A stretch of DNA of 64,000 nt from an uncultured Candidatus Saccharibacteria bacterium (GTDB lineage Bacteria > Patescibacteriota > Minisyncoccia > Phycocordibacterales > UBA918), in the NCBI GenBank assembly GCA_964611205.1, contig CAZSZB010000003.1:23764-87763 (forward strand), read 5' to 3'. Made by a program: the position numbers and the translations under genes. Shown piece after piece: positions 20,807 to 30,772 of the stretch. The notes beneath the pieces are model-generated. The model saw only the letters and a list, made by a program, of their open reading frames with translations, did not search any database and was not told the DNA's origin. Positions within the stretch are counted from its first letter, which is position 1. Each line of letters opens with the position of its first letter.

Positions 20807-22537
20807 TTAAGTTAGACTTGGTGTGGTGTCAGAGTCAGTGTTTTCTTTTTCATCAGACTTCTGTTCGTGTCGTCCGTTAAATAAATCTACAACACGTTGT
20901 AGCTCGGTAAGAGACGTTATGCCTCTGATCACTTTATCTATTCCGTCTTCGGCCATAGTAGGGATGTTTTGTTTTTCGGCGGCTTCTAATATTACGTGTT
21001 CACGTGAGTCTTCTATGACTGCGGCTTCTACTTCTTTGTCCATACGAATGGCTTCAAAAACAGCCTCTCGTCCACTGAAACCTGTTTGGTTACAAGCATC
21101 ACAACCCTTAGCTTCAAATATATATAAATCTTTAGGTATGGTCGGAGTTTGCGGATGAGTTAATAGTATTGACTCTATCAAGCTTCTTTCTTCGGGGGTA
21201 GCCAACTTAGCTTCCTTACACTCGTTGCATAAAACTCGAACTAAGCGTTGTCCCAAAACCAGGTTTATAGACGAACCAATTATGTGATCTTGGATACCCA
21301 AATCTATCAAACGTGGGAAAGCCCCGACTGCACTATTGGTATGCAGGGTAGAGAAGACAAGGTGACCAGTCTGGGCCGCGTGAATAGCAGTTTCTGCTAC
21401 TTCACGATCACGAATCTCACCGATCATAATGATGTCCGGGTCTTGTCTGAGGATTGCTTTCAAACCAGTTTCAAAAGAGTAGCCTTCGGCTACTTGAGTC
21501 TGCACGATATTATCAAGTTTGTATTCAACTGGGTTTTCAACTGTAATAATTTTAACTCCTGGCTTGTGAACTTGTTGCAAAAAAGCGTAAAGGGCAGTAG
21601 TTTTTCCGGACCCGGTTGGACCAGTCGTTAGGATTAGTCCGTTTGGTCTTTGTAATTCTTCTTTTAGAACATCATAAAGAGCTTTGTTTAATCCTAATGA
21701 ATCCATTTTAAAACTGGCTACTGTTGGATCAAGTAAACGCATCACCATAGATTCTCCAGAGGCGCCAGGAATAATAGAAGATCGTACTTCAGTATCTTTA
21801 TCTTTAGTGTTGAAAGTAAAACGTCCGTCCTGAGCTTGATCTTTTATATTAAGGATCATGCCAGAGAGTAGTTTCAAGCGTGAGATTAGGCGTTCATAAA
21901 TACTTTTATCTAGGTCAACTATGTCGTGAAGAACTCCATCTAAACGGTAACGCAATCTGATGCTACCTTCTTCTGGTTCAATGTGAATGTCTGAAGCATT
22001 CAGAGCTAAAGCTCCAGCCAGAATAGCCTCTAGAGTTTCTGAAATCCGGCGGGCGTTGTTAAGGGTTTTGATATTAGTGAGATAGTTGGAAACAGCTTCG
22101 GGAGTTTTTAATTTTTTAGTTTGCTCGCTAATATTGTTGGTATCAATATCAAGGGCACCGTATTTTACGGCAGTGGTATCTTTTTGGTCTTTATAACGCT
22201 GCCAGCCGTGCTCTAAGCTATTGGTGGAGGTCATAAAAATATTAATTTCATAACCTTTATCCCTTAAATCGTTGAGAACCGCTTGGGTTTTTTGATTGTT
22301 GGGATTACGGATAGCTACCGATAAATTTTTGCGGTTAGTTTCAAAAGCTATCATATTAGCTTCCTGAGCTGTTACTTCAGGAATAGTTTTTAAGGCTGAA
22401 GGATTTATATAAGCACCGCGTAAATCAATAAATTCGTAACCATATTGATTGGAGAGGGAACGAATCAAACCTTCCTCCTCAAGACGGCGGAGTTGCTTTA
22501 ATTTGTCTTCATCAAAAGTATCATCGAATTGAACCAT
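20807..22537 (-). CDS. pilB: type IV pilus assembly ATPase, PilB/GspE family
   Basis: ASDIHIEP, GPTGSGKTT, LRQDPD..GEIRD, STLHTN, CxxC pairs. Confidence 0.9.
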   Translation of the reverse strand: MVQFDDTFDEDKLKQLRRLEEEGLIRSLSNQYGYEFIDLRGAYINPSALKTIPEVTAQEANMIAFETNRKNLSVAIRNPNNQKTQAVLNDLRDKGYEINIFMTSTNSLEHGWQRYKDQKDTTAVKYGALDIDTNNISEQTKKLKTPEAVSNYLTNIKTLNNARRISETLEAILAGALALNASDIHIEPEEGSIRLRYRLDGVLHDIVDLDKSIYERLISRLKLLSGMILNIKDQAQDGRFTFNTKDKDTEVRSSIIPGASGESMVMRLLDPTVASFKMDSLGLNKALYDVLKEELQRPNGLILTTGPTGSGKTTALYAFLQQVHKPGVKIITVENPVEYKLDNIVQTQVAEGYSFETGLKAILRQDPDIIMIGEIRDREVAETAIHAAQTGHLVFSTLHTNSAVGAFPRLIDLGIQDHIIGSSINLVLGQRLVRVLCNECKEAKLATPEERSLIESILLTHPQTPTIPKDLYIFEAKGCDACNQTGFSGREAVFEAIRMDKEVEAAVIEDSREHVILEAAEKQNIPTMAEDGIDKVIRGITSLTELQRVVDLFNGRHEQKSDEKENTDSDTTPSLT

Positions 22538-22630
22538 ATTAGGATGTATTTCATTTATTGTAGCAGGTTGGTGGCGGGAAAAGCTGTGCTTTTCCCGCCT
22601 TGGTCTTAAAATGTTAGAATAAGAATAATT

Positions 22631-23071
22631 ATGAAATGGGAACTTACCACAATTGTTGATTTAGAAATTGTCGTCAAAGCAGTCTTAGAAAAATTAGAAA
22701 AAAATCTAGAGCTTGAGCAAGCAACTGTTTTAGCTCTGCACGGTGATCTTGGAGCCGGTAAGACTACTTTTATGCAGACTTTGGCTCGACATCTTAAGGT
22801 TACAGAAACAGTCACCAGCCCGACGTTTGTGGTGATGAAGATTTATGATCTGTATGATCAGTCTTGGGATAAGTTAATCCACATAGATGCGTACCGGATT
22901 GAGGAAGTTGACGAGATGCGACCTTTGGGGTTTGACGAACTCTTAAAAAGAAAAGGTACTATTATAGGTATTGAATGGGCTGAAAAAATTGAGTCTTTAT
23001 TACCTAAAAATACAGTCCATCTTAATTTCTCAGTAGCAGGCAATCATCATCAGATCACTCTTCTTGAATAA
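22631..23071 (+). CDS. tsaE: t6A biosynthesis ATPase TsaE
   Basis: GDLGAGKTT, SPTF, HIDAYR, IEWAE. Confidence 0.96.
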   Translation: MKWELTTIVDLEIVVKAVLEKLEKNLELEQATVLALHGDLGAGKTTFMQTLARHLKVTETVTSPTFVVMKIYDLYDQSWDKLIHIDAYRIEEVDEMRPLGFDELLKRKGTIIGIEWAEKIESLLPKNTVHLNFSVAGNHHQITLLE

Positions 23072-23072
23072 A

Positions 23073-25469
23073 ATGGTTACCAAAGATAAAAACAAAAAAA
23101 CTCTAGTCTTGTTAGATGCTCACGCTATATTGCATCGAGCTTATCATGCTTTACCAGACTTCACTTCACCGAGTGGTGAACCAACAGGAGCTCTTTATGG
23201 AGTGGTAGCAATGTTGCTAAAAATAGTAGAAGAAATAAAACCAGATTACATCGCAGCTTGTTATGACCTACCGGAGCCAACCTATCGACATGAAGCTTTT
23301 GCGGATTATAAAAATGGTCGCAGAAAAACTGATAATGAACTAGTAGAGCAAATAAACAGATCACGAGATATTTTTTCAGTTTTCGGTATTCGTATTTTTG
23401 AACAGCCAGGATTTGAGGCTGATGATATTTTAGGTACCATCGCTCACCAATTGAAAGACAATAAAGATCTGTCGGTCATTATTGCTTCTGGTGATATGGA
23501 TACGTTGCAGTGTGTAGATGGTAAAAGAGTACAAGTATATACACTGAAAAAAGGTATTAAAGATACCATTATGTATAACGAAAAAACGGTCAAGGATCGT
23601 TATGGGTTTCCTCCGAGTTTGGTACCAGACTACAAGGGTCTTCGGGGTGATCCATCAGATAATATTCCAGGCATACCGGGGATTGGAGAAAAGACCGCCA
23701 CTACTTTAATTACTGAATTTGGCAGTATTGATAATATCTATAAAAAACTGAAAAAATCAGAACAAACATTTTTAGATAAAGGTATTAAACCAAGAATCAT
23801 AAATCTTTTAAAAGAACATGAGGAGGAGGCTCAGTTCTCTAAAATGTTAGCGACTATTCGTATTGACGCTGATGTTACTTTTGAAATACCAGAACAGACA
23901 TGGCGTGAGAAGTTAGACATTGAGAAGATTATGAATCTATTTAGCGAGCTTGGTTTCCGTACTTTGTCTGCTCGGGTTAAAAATTTCCTAGCGGTCGAAG
24001 ATGATGTATCAATCGACCAAATAACAGCCAAGGTAAATGATAAGGATGTACAAGAGGCAGCTATCCTACTCTGGCTTTTAGAAAGTGAGCGAACTAATTC
24101 ATCTTATGAAGATATAGTCGATTACGGTCGATCCTATTTTAAGTTAAAAGATTTCTCTGAGATCCTTGAAAGATTGAAGGTGGAAACTAAAAAAGCCGGA
24201 GTTTATGATGTGTATGAAAAAATTGAAAAACCTCTTATTCCGGTTCTTAAAGAGGTAAATGATACGGGTGTAGTTTTAGATAAAAAATATTTAAAAAGTT
24301 TATCTGTAAAATTACATAAAGAATTAACTAAGCTCGAGAGTGCAATTTGGCAACAAGCTGGTGTTGAGTTTAATATCAACTCACCAAAACAAATGGGTGA
24401 TATCTTATTTGATAAATTAGCTTTAAAACCCAAAAATGCTAAAAAAACTACTGGCGGGCAGCGTTCTACGAGAGAGAGTGAATTAGAAAAAATGAAAGAT
24501 GATCACCCAATCATCGCCAAAATATTACGTTACCGGGAATTACAAAAATTACTTTCTACTTATATAGATAACCTACCGGAGATGGTTAGTGAGGATGGGC
24601 GGTTGCGGACTACCTTTATCCAAACCGGAACTGCGACTGGTCGGTTTTCTAGTAAGGAACCAAACTTACAAAATATACCAGCTCGAAGCGAGGAGGGCAG
24701 GGCTATTAGAAGAGCTTTTGTGGCAGCACCTGGTTATAAGCTAGTAGCCATAGATTATTCTCAGATAGAGCTAAGAATTGCCGCAATCCTATCAGGAGAT
24801 GAAAAAATGATTGATATCTTTAAAAATAAAGAAGACGTTCACGCAGGTGTTGCCGCCCGAGTATTTGCCGTAGAGCAATCGGCAGTAACTCCCGATATGC
24901 GTCGCCAGGCTAAGGTAATTAATTTTGGCATTCTTTATGGTATGGGAGTTAATGCTTTGCGGAGTAATTTAGGAGCAGAGACAACCAGGGAAGAAGCACA
25001 GGAATTTTTAAATGCCTACTTCAATACCTTCACTCGATTAGCTGAGTATTTAGAAGAGACTAAAGAATTTGCCCGAACCAATGGCTACACAGAGACGATG
25101 TTTGGTAGGAGGCGACAATTTCCGAGTATTTCTTCTCGGATACCATTTATGAGAGCAGCCGCTGAAAGGATGGCAATCAATGCTCCGGTTCAAGGAACAG
25201 AAGGTGATATTTTGAGGATTGCTATGGTTGATATACATAATTATGTCGCTAAGAACAAACTGGTTGGTGATGTAAAAATGTTACTTCAAGTACATGATGA
25301 ATTAGTTTTTGAGATTAAGGAAGAAAAAATGTCAGAAGTAATACCAGAGATTAAAAAGATCATGGAGGGCGTACTCACTAGCTGGAAGAAGGATAGTAAA
25401 GGGGTACCGATTTCGACAGATATTAAAGTTGGACATAATTGGCAGGAAATGACCCCTTGGGAAAAATAG
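23073..25469 (+). CDS. polA: DNA polymerase I (5'-3' exonuclease + polymerase; short middle region)
   Basis: GDPSDNIPG, TGRFSS..PNLQNIP, DYSQIELR, LQVHDEL. Confidence 0.97.
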   Translation: MVTKDKNKKTLVLLDAHAILHRAYHALPDFTSPSGEPTGALYGVVAMLLKIVEEIKPDYIAACYDLPEPTYRHEAFADYKNGRRKTDNELVEQINRSRDIFSVFGIRIFEQPGFEADDILGTIAHQLKDNKDLSVIIASGDMDTLQCVDGKRVQVYTLKKGIKDTIMYNEKTVKDRYGFPPSLVPDYKGLRGDPSDNIPGIPGIGEKTATTLITEFGSIDNIYKKLKKSEQTFLDKGIKPRIINLLKEHEEEAQFSKMLATIRIDADVTFEIPEQTWREKLDIEKIMNLFSELGFRTLSARVKNFLAVEDDVSIDQITAKVNDKDVQEAAILLWLLESERTNSSYEDIVDYGRSYFKLKDFSEILERLKVETKKAGVYDVYEKIEKPLIPVLKEVNDTGVVLDKKYLKSLSVKLHKELTKLESAIWQQAGVEFNINSPKQMGDILFDKLALKPKNAKKTTGGQRSTRESELEKMKDDHPIIAKILRYRELQKLLSTYIDNLPEMVSEDGRLRTTFIQTGTATGRFSSKEPNLQNIPARSEEGRAIRRAFVAAPGYKLVAIDYSQIELRIAAILSGDEKMIDIFKNKEDVHAGVAARVFAVEQSAVTPDMRRQAKVINFGILYGMGVNALRSNLGAETTREEAQEFLNAYFNTFTRLAEYLEETKEFARTNGYTETMFGRRRQFPSISSRIPFMRAAAERMAINAPVQGTEGDILRIAMVDIHNYVAKNKLVGDVKMLLQVHDELVFEIKEEKMSEVIPEIKKIMEGVLTSWKKDSKGVPISTDIKVGHNWQEMTPWEK

Positions 25470-25470
25470 T

Positions 25471-26172
25471 ATGCTCAAGGTTTATTTTGGTAATGATACG
25501 GTAAAGGTTAGACAAGCAGCTTTTGCTTTGGTTGCGAAGAAGGAGTTAGCAGGAGCAACTATAGTAACGATTGATGAGGATAGTTTTGCGCCGGGAATAG
25601 TGCCAAGTGCTGCCAGCACAGCTTCTCTTTTTGCTGGTGAAGAAATCTATGTATTGGACACACCTAGCAGTAATGAAGAGTTTGCCCAAGAGGTAAGGGA
25701 TAGTCTAAGTGCCCTGCATGAGTCAAACAACCTTTTTATTTTAATTGAGAATAGCTTATTGGCTCCCGAGAAGAAAAAGATAGAAAAAGCAGCAGATAGC
25801 ATAGAAGAATTTAAGGGAGGGCCGGCCGAAAGATTTGATGTTTTTGCTTTTGCTGACTTACTCGCTAGACGTGATAAGCGTTCGCTTTGGGTACATCTGC
25901 AATCAGCTCGAGTAAAAGAAATACCAGCTGAAGAAATTATTGGTATTTTGTGGTGGCAACTAAAAACTTTGCGTTTAGCAACTTTGGTAGCAAATGCTGA
26001 AGAGGCAGGGATGAAAGATTTTTCTTTTAATAAGGCTAAGCAGGCGTTAGGTAAATTCAAGACAGGAGAACTAGAGAGCCTTTCTCAACAGTTACTGGCT
26101 GTTTATCATGATGGCCACGGTGGTATTAGAGATATAGACTTGGCTTTAGAAAAGTGGGTCTTGACTATATAA
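25471..26172 (+). CDS. DNA polymerase III delta (HolA)-like protein, short
   Basis: Follows polA; FDVFAFAD..., IIGILWWQLK, LALEKWVL resemble HolA C-terminus. Confidence 0.6.
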   Translation: MLKVYFGNDTVKVRQAAFALVAKKELAGATIVTIDEDSFAPGIVPSAASTASLFAGEEIYVLDTPSSNEEFAQEVRDSLSALHESNNLFILIENSLLAPEKKKIEKAADSIEEFKGGPAERFDVFAFADLLARRDKRSLWVHLQSARVKEIPAEEIIGILWWQLKTLRLATLVANAEEAGMKDFSFNKAKQALGKFKTGELESLSQQLLAVYHDGHGGIRDIDLALEKWVLTI

Positions 26173-26320
26173 GGTCAATAAAATACAACTACTCCAGTTA
26201 ACTGAAGTAGTTGTATTTTATAGAGGGTCTCGATTTTTTTGTGGTATGTGTTATATTTTGGCAACTTTTATAGGTTTTTATAAAAGTTATAACTTTATAT
26301 TGTTATAGTATTAAGTACAT

Positions 26321-26393
26321 CCGCCTATAGCTCAGATGGTAGAGCAGAGGACTTTTAATCCTTGTGTCCCAGGTTCGAGTCCTGGTGGGCGGA
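26321..26393 (+). tRNA. tRNA-Lys(UUU)
   Basis: Cloverleaf, anticodon loop CTTTTAA, GGTTCGAGTCC; no encoded CCA. Confidence 0.97.
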
Positions 26394-27000
26394 CAAAATA
26401 AAGGAAAGAAAAGCGAATACTTGGAGTTTTTAGTGACTATTATTTTGCAACCAACAGGACTCGAAAAGGTTGCCTACGATTTTGACGAAGGAAAAATCGT
26501 GACAACCTGTACAGAATATGTAATATTCGAGTCCTGGTGGGCGGACTCGGGTAAGAAAAAAGAAGATGTTTAAACATCTTCTTTTTTCTTAGTTCCTGAC
26601 TGGTGTCAGGAACGGCTCGAGTCCGAGGCGGAGCGTTGTGAGGTGAGAAAGTACCAAAGTACTTTCGCAAGACTTTTTGTGATTTTTCATATGAAAAATC
26701 CAAAAGGTTTACCGTTCCTGTAAGGAAGGACTCTGTCCCGTCCCGACGAACCGCGAGCCGGGGTCGAGAGTACTTAGTATAATTTATATTAAATATAAAT
26801 TATACTTAGTAACTCGTGACGACAAGTCTAGAATATGTAATATTCGAGTTCCTCTACAGAACCTGTAAACAAGTTTCCTAAAACTGCATTCGTATTACAT
26901 TTATAAGTGAAACTTCTAAATAAATACTCACTTGTTTCAGTAGAGTTCAAGAGTGCTTAGTTGTGACGACAAGTCCAGAACCAAAGTTAGAGACCTGGTC
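26394..27000 (+). repeat. tRNA-Lys-associated structured element and module array
   Basis: Antisense tRNA 3' copy 26440-26465, exact 21-bp sense copy 26526-26546, then hairpin modules shared with other tRNA loci. Confidence 0.75.
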
Positions 27001-27071
27001 TCTAAGACCTACCTAACTTCCTTGAGTCAAAAGTCTAAGTGTCTGTTAAAATTGTATAGAATTTGCAAATT

Positions 27072-27563
27072 ATGAACGATATCCAGATTATTCTCGATAA
27101 TATACGAAGTGCCCACAATGTGGGCTCTATTTTTCGTACCAGTGATGGCGCTGGGGTATCTAAGATATATTTAGTTGGCTCTACACCTACTCCGGTCGAC
27201 CGGTTTGGTCGAGTTCAAGCGGAAATAAAAAAGACTTCTTTAGGAGCTAGCGAGAGCGTGGCCTTCGAACATATTGGGGAAGCTAGTAGCAAGTCGAGTG
27301 CTGCAGCAGTTAAACTTATTGTTCGATTGAAAGCCGAGGGTTACACCATCGTAGCAGTCGAGCAAGTAAAAAATAGTATTCTCCTACCAGATTTTGTCGT
27401 ACCAGATAAGGTTGTTTATATTTTTGGAGCTGAAGTAGATGGAGTGGGGCCAGAGCTTATAGCGACGGCTGATTGTGTTGTAGAAATACCAATGGCCGGA
27501 ATCAAAGAATCTTTAAATGTTTCAGTCACAGCCGGTATAGTTTTGTTCCATAAACACAAATAA
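27072..27563 (+). CDS. TrmH/SpoU family RNA methyltransferase
   Basis: LDNIRSAHNVGSIFRT, FGAEVDG, IPM.G.KESLNVSV. Confidence 0.93.
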   Translation: MNDIQIILDNIRSAHNVGSIFRTSDGAGVSKIYLVGSTPTPVDRFGRVQAEIKKTSLGASESVAFEHIGEASSKSSAAAVKLIVRLKAEGYTIVAVEQVKNSILLPDFVVPDKVVYIFGAEVDGVGPELIATADCVVEIPMAGIKESLNVSVTAGIVLFHKHK

Positions 27564-27653
27564 TAAGTACTGTGATTAATCACAGTAGTAAAACAAAATC
27601 CCCCAGAGATTAAAATCTCTGGGGGATTTTGTTTTTTAGAAGACTTAAACTAG

Positions 27654-28949
27654 TTAAGATTTTTTTGGTAGATCAGCCAATTCCTTCTTTACCACCTCGG
27701 CGTCACTCCAGGGTTGTCTGGTGTTATGAGGGCCCATTATATAAGGATCGGTACCCTTACCAGAAACAATAACATAACCACCTTCTTCAGCTTTTTCAAT
27801 CGCAGTTCTTATCGCCAATCTACGATCCATAATAATTTCAAACTTACTCTTATCTTCTATTCCTTTGGCCATTTGCTCGACAATTTTACGTGGGTTTTCA
27901 TCATACGGATCTTCGTTAGTGAGGATCACATAATCACAGTGTTCTTCGGCAATATGAGCCATAACTGGTCTCTTCCATGAGTCGCGTCCACCACCACAAT
28001 TACCCAGTACAGCTATCTTAGGAATACCTTTAAAGGCACCGTATAACTTAGTGAGGGAGTCAGGTGTATGAGCATAGTCCACAACTCCAGTTACGTATTT
28101 TTGAGTTTCGCGATCACTAGTAAAATGCTCAACTCGACCTTTGATAGGCGGTAGGGAACGCAGGGCTTTTTCAATTGTTCGTAATTGTACGCCGAGAGCT
28201 CGAGTTAGAGTAATAGCAGCTAACGCATTATAGACGTTGAAAAGTCCCACCAAAGGAACTCTGATTGTTACTTGTTCGTCGCCATCGTTGAAAATAAGTC
28301 CAGAACCGTCTTTGTGCAGAGTGTAGAGACTGAGATCTTTTAAACAGTATGGTAATTTTTCCTCCACCTTTATATTCAAAAAATCTTCACCATGCTCATC
28401 ATCGGTGTTGACTACGATGTAACGAGGTTGCTTGGCTGAATTTTCTAGTTGTTTAGCAATCTCTAATTTCGCTGCTTTGTATTTTTCGAAAGATCCGTGT
28501 GATTCAATATGTTCAGGAGTTAGATTGGTGAAAACTAAAGCATCCATTTCTATAAAACGATGGCGGAATTGTTTAGCTCCCTCGGATGTCATTTCGATAA
28601 CTGCGTGAGTACAGCCGATATCGACAGCTTTACGTAAAAAGTGTTGAACAAAGAAACGACCAGGTGTGGTCATTTTGTATAAGTTACGTTCGATGGTGTC
28701 TCCGTATTTAAATTGGATGGTAGAAAGAGAGGCTACTTTATGACCGTCAGTTTCCAAAATGGCCGCAATCATTTCAGTGACTGTAGATTTGCCTTTTGTC
28801 CCAGTAACAGCAATTACATTTATTTCTTTAGACGGACTACGGTAGATAAGGTTACCCAAGTATGCTAAAGCAAAGTGATATGGTGGGCGAATAGCCTTTA
28901 GAGCCGATTTGGGGAGTAGTTTTTTGATCCAATATAATATGGTGTCCAT
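27654..28949 (-). CDS. murE: UDP-MurNAc-tripeptide synthetase (MurE family)
   Basis: VTGTKGKST, TNLTPEHIESH, VDYAHTPD, GGGRD, EDPYDE. Confidence 0.9.
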   Translation of the reverse strand: MDTILYWIKKLLPKSALKAIRPPYHFALAYLGNLIYRSPSKEINVIAVTGTKGKSTVTEMIAAILETDGHKVASLSTIQFKYGDTIERNLYKMTTPGRFFVQHFLRKAVDIGCTHAVIEMTSEGAKQFRHRFIEMDALVFTNLTPEHIESHGSFEKYKAAKLEIAKQLENSAKQPRYIVVNTDDEHGEDFLNIKVEEKLPYCLKDLSLYTLHKDGSGLIFNDGDEQVTIRVPLVGLFNVYNALAAITLTRALGVQLRTIEKALRSLPPIKGRVEHFTSDRETQKYVTGVVDYAHTPDSLTKLYGAFKGIPKIAVLGNCGGGRDSWKRPVMAHIAEEHCDYVILTNEDPYDENPRKIVEQMAKGIEDKSKFEIIMDRRLAIRTAIEKAEEGGYVIVSGKGTDPYIMGPHNTRQPWSDAEVVKKELADLPKKS

Positions 28950-28997
28950 AGTTCTAGTATACGATAATAATTAAATTTAAGGGATTGAACTGGCTGG

Positions 28998-29585
28998 TTA
29001 ATTCTGGCCGAGTTCCTTCAGGATTACTTTTATAGCATCATTTACATTATCTATATCGTTTGGTAGTTGTTGTACCAGATTACGGGCTTCGCTTTGCGGG
29101 TAACCAAGAGAGACGAGAGCATCGATGGTGTCTGTCTGGAAACTAGTGATAATGGTGTTGGTGCTTCCATCAGTATGGTTTGCTATACCCAGGTTATCCA
29201 ATTTGTCTTTTAAGCCGAGAACAATTTTTTCAGCCGTTTTTTTTCCAATACCAGACATTTTTGAGAGGTGATTAGGATCATTGTTTAAAACTGCAATTTT
29301 AAGTAATTCAATATCTGCTTGATTCATTATTTGAGCAGCCGACTTAGGTCCTACTTTCGGCAAAGAAAGTAGTAATTCAAAAGTCTCTAATTCATCTAGG
29401 GTAAAAAAACCGTACAAGTCAGAGACCGTATCACGCAGTACGTGGTAAGTATGTAAGGTGATTTCAGCATCTATCTTGAACTGCTCTGTTCGGCTAACAT
29501 AAACCTGATAGCCGATACCATTATTATCAATAACAATATAGTTACTATTTAGGTGAGAGATTTTGCCTGTGATATGTCTAATCAT
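28998..29585 (-). CDS. ruvA: Holliday junction protein RuvA
   Basis: GIGYQV, LYGF, VGPKSA, GIGKKTAEKI, ALVSLGY. Confidence 0.97.
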   Translation of the reverse strand: MIRHITGKISHLNSNYIVIDNNGIGYQVYVSRTEQFKIDAEITLHTYHVLRDTVSDLYGFFTLDELETFELLLSLPKVGPKSAAQIMNQADIELLKIAVLNNDPNHLSKMSGIGKKTAEKIVLGLKDKLDNLGIANHTDGSTNTIITSFQTDTIDALVSLGYPQSEARNLVQQLPNDIDNVNDAIKVILKELGQN

Positions 29586-29728
29586 AAATCTATTAGAGTT
29601 TAGTATACAACAGCTTATCTGATGACGTGTCTAGACATATTCATATATTGTAATTTGTTATAAGGACAATCCTCCAATCTTGCAATTTTTGATAGGTTAC
29701 GGTATAGTTGCGGCCACATAAAAACAAT

Positions 29729-29998
29729 ATGCCAATTACTACAGGAGCAAAAAAAGCCCACCGTTCGTCACTGAAAAAACGTATCTTTAATTTACGTCGA
29801 CGACGTGATATGAACGAGTCTGTTAAAGCAGTACAGAAACTTATTGCCTCTGGCGCAACAGCTGAAGCTGAAAAAATGATGCCAGAAGTATATAAGGTTA
29901 TCGATAAAGCCGCTAAGCGGGGAGTTATTAAAGACAATACAGCTGACCGCAAAAAATCACGATTAATGATTGCTATTGCAAAAACCAAGACTAAATAA
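29729..29998 (+). CDS. rpsT: 30S ribosomal protein S20
   Basis: MPITTGAKKA.R, IDKAAKRGVIKDNTADRKKSRL. Confidence 0.97.
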   Translation: MPITTGAKKAHRSSLKKRIFNLRRRRDMNESVKAVQKLIASGATAEAEKMMPEVYKVIDKAAKRGVIKDNTADRKKSRLMIAIAKTKTK

Positions 29999-30000
29999 TA

Positions 30001-30034
30001 AATCAAAAAACTGCCCTCGGGCAGTTTTTTGATT
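30001..30034 (+). terminator. rpsT terminator
   Basis: aatcaaaaaactgccc tc gggcagttttttgatt. Confidence 0.8.
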
Positions 30035-30039
30035 GGGGG

Positions 30040-30447
30040 GTGCGGGTTACTAAGTACTCGCGTTTTTATTTGTGAGAAGCTGAAGCTTGTTTATATATTC
30101 TGCGGTCGCACAGATAAGAAAAAAGCACAAACAAGTTGTGCTCTTTTATTTACGCGGTCACGAGTTACTAAGTATATTTGTTGTCTATGACTACAGATCT
30201 ACTAAGTACTCTCGAACTCTACGAGTTCTGTACACCTTGTCACTACTCTTTGCTTCACTCAAAGATAGTAGGCAAGGTTTTACGAAGTGACATTGAGTCA
30301 CTTCTCACCCGCCTCGACCGTTTTCATTTCTAGGAAAAAAGAAATGAAAACAAGTCTGCGGCCAGCACCAAGGTACGCAAGCAAAGCAGTTTGCTTGCTA
30401 TAGGAAAGATAGTCAGTTCTTAAAAACTGACTATCTTTCTTATATCT
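30040..30447 (-). repeat. tRNA-Arg(GCG)-associated module array
   Basis: Contains GAGAGTACTTAG..CTTAGTAACTCGTGAC and GTGAGAAGTGAC..GTCACTTCG modules also found at other tRNA loci. Confidence 0.7.
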
Positions 30448-30522
30448 TGGTGCTCTCGCCAGGAGTCGAACCTGGAGCATCGGTACCGCAAACCGATATT
30501 TTATCCATTAAACTACGAGAGC
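30448..30522 (-). tRNA. tRNA-Arg(GCG)
   Basis: Cloverleaf; anticodon arm TCGGT-TTGCGGT-ACCGA; encoded CCA. Confidence 0.93.
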
Positions 30523-30565
30523 AAGCGAGGAAACAAATGAAAGTTTACTTTCATTTGCTTTCCGA

Positions 30566-30710
30566 GAGCAGCTCTCGCAACAAATTCGACGTCAGAAGAA
30601 TTTGTTCCAGTAGAGCAAGCGCCCCGGAAGATTATATTCGATTGTGTCTTGGAGCAGCTCTCGCAACAAATTCGACGTCAGAAGAATTTGTTCCAGTAGA
30701 GCAAGCGCCC
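30566..30710. repeat. two identical 59-bp direct repeats upstream of tRNA-Arg
   Basis: 30566-30624 = 30652-30710, 27-bp spacer. Confidence 0.9.
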
Positions 30711-30772
30711 GTTTATTGCTATTGCTACAGATACTAAAGTAATCGTCACTTGGTATCGAGCAACATAATATA

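Noticed and set aside
26374-26546. Simple attL/attR scar of a lost prophage
   Set aside because: Does not explain the antisense copy or the scaffold shared with other tRNA loci
26364-26703. ORF-track ORFs overlapping tRNA-Lys and its trailer (likewise 30087-30737, 54251-54433, 58674-58856, 63198-63444)
   Set aside because: Shadow ORFs over tRNAs and structured repeats
29641-30006. 121-aa ORF on - strand
   Set aside because: Antisense shadow of rpsT
30566-30710. CRISPR array
   Set aside because: Only two 59-bp copies, too long for CRISPR repeats, and no cas genes in the window
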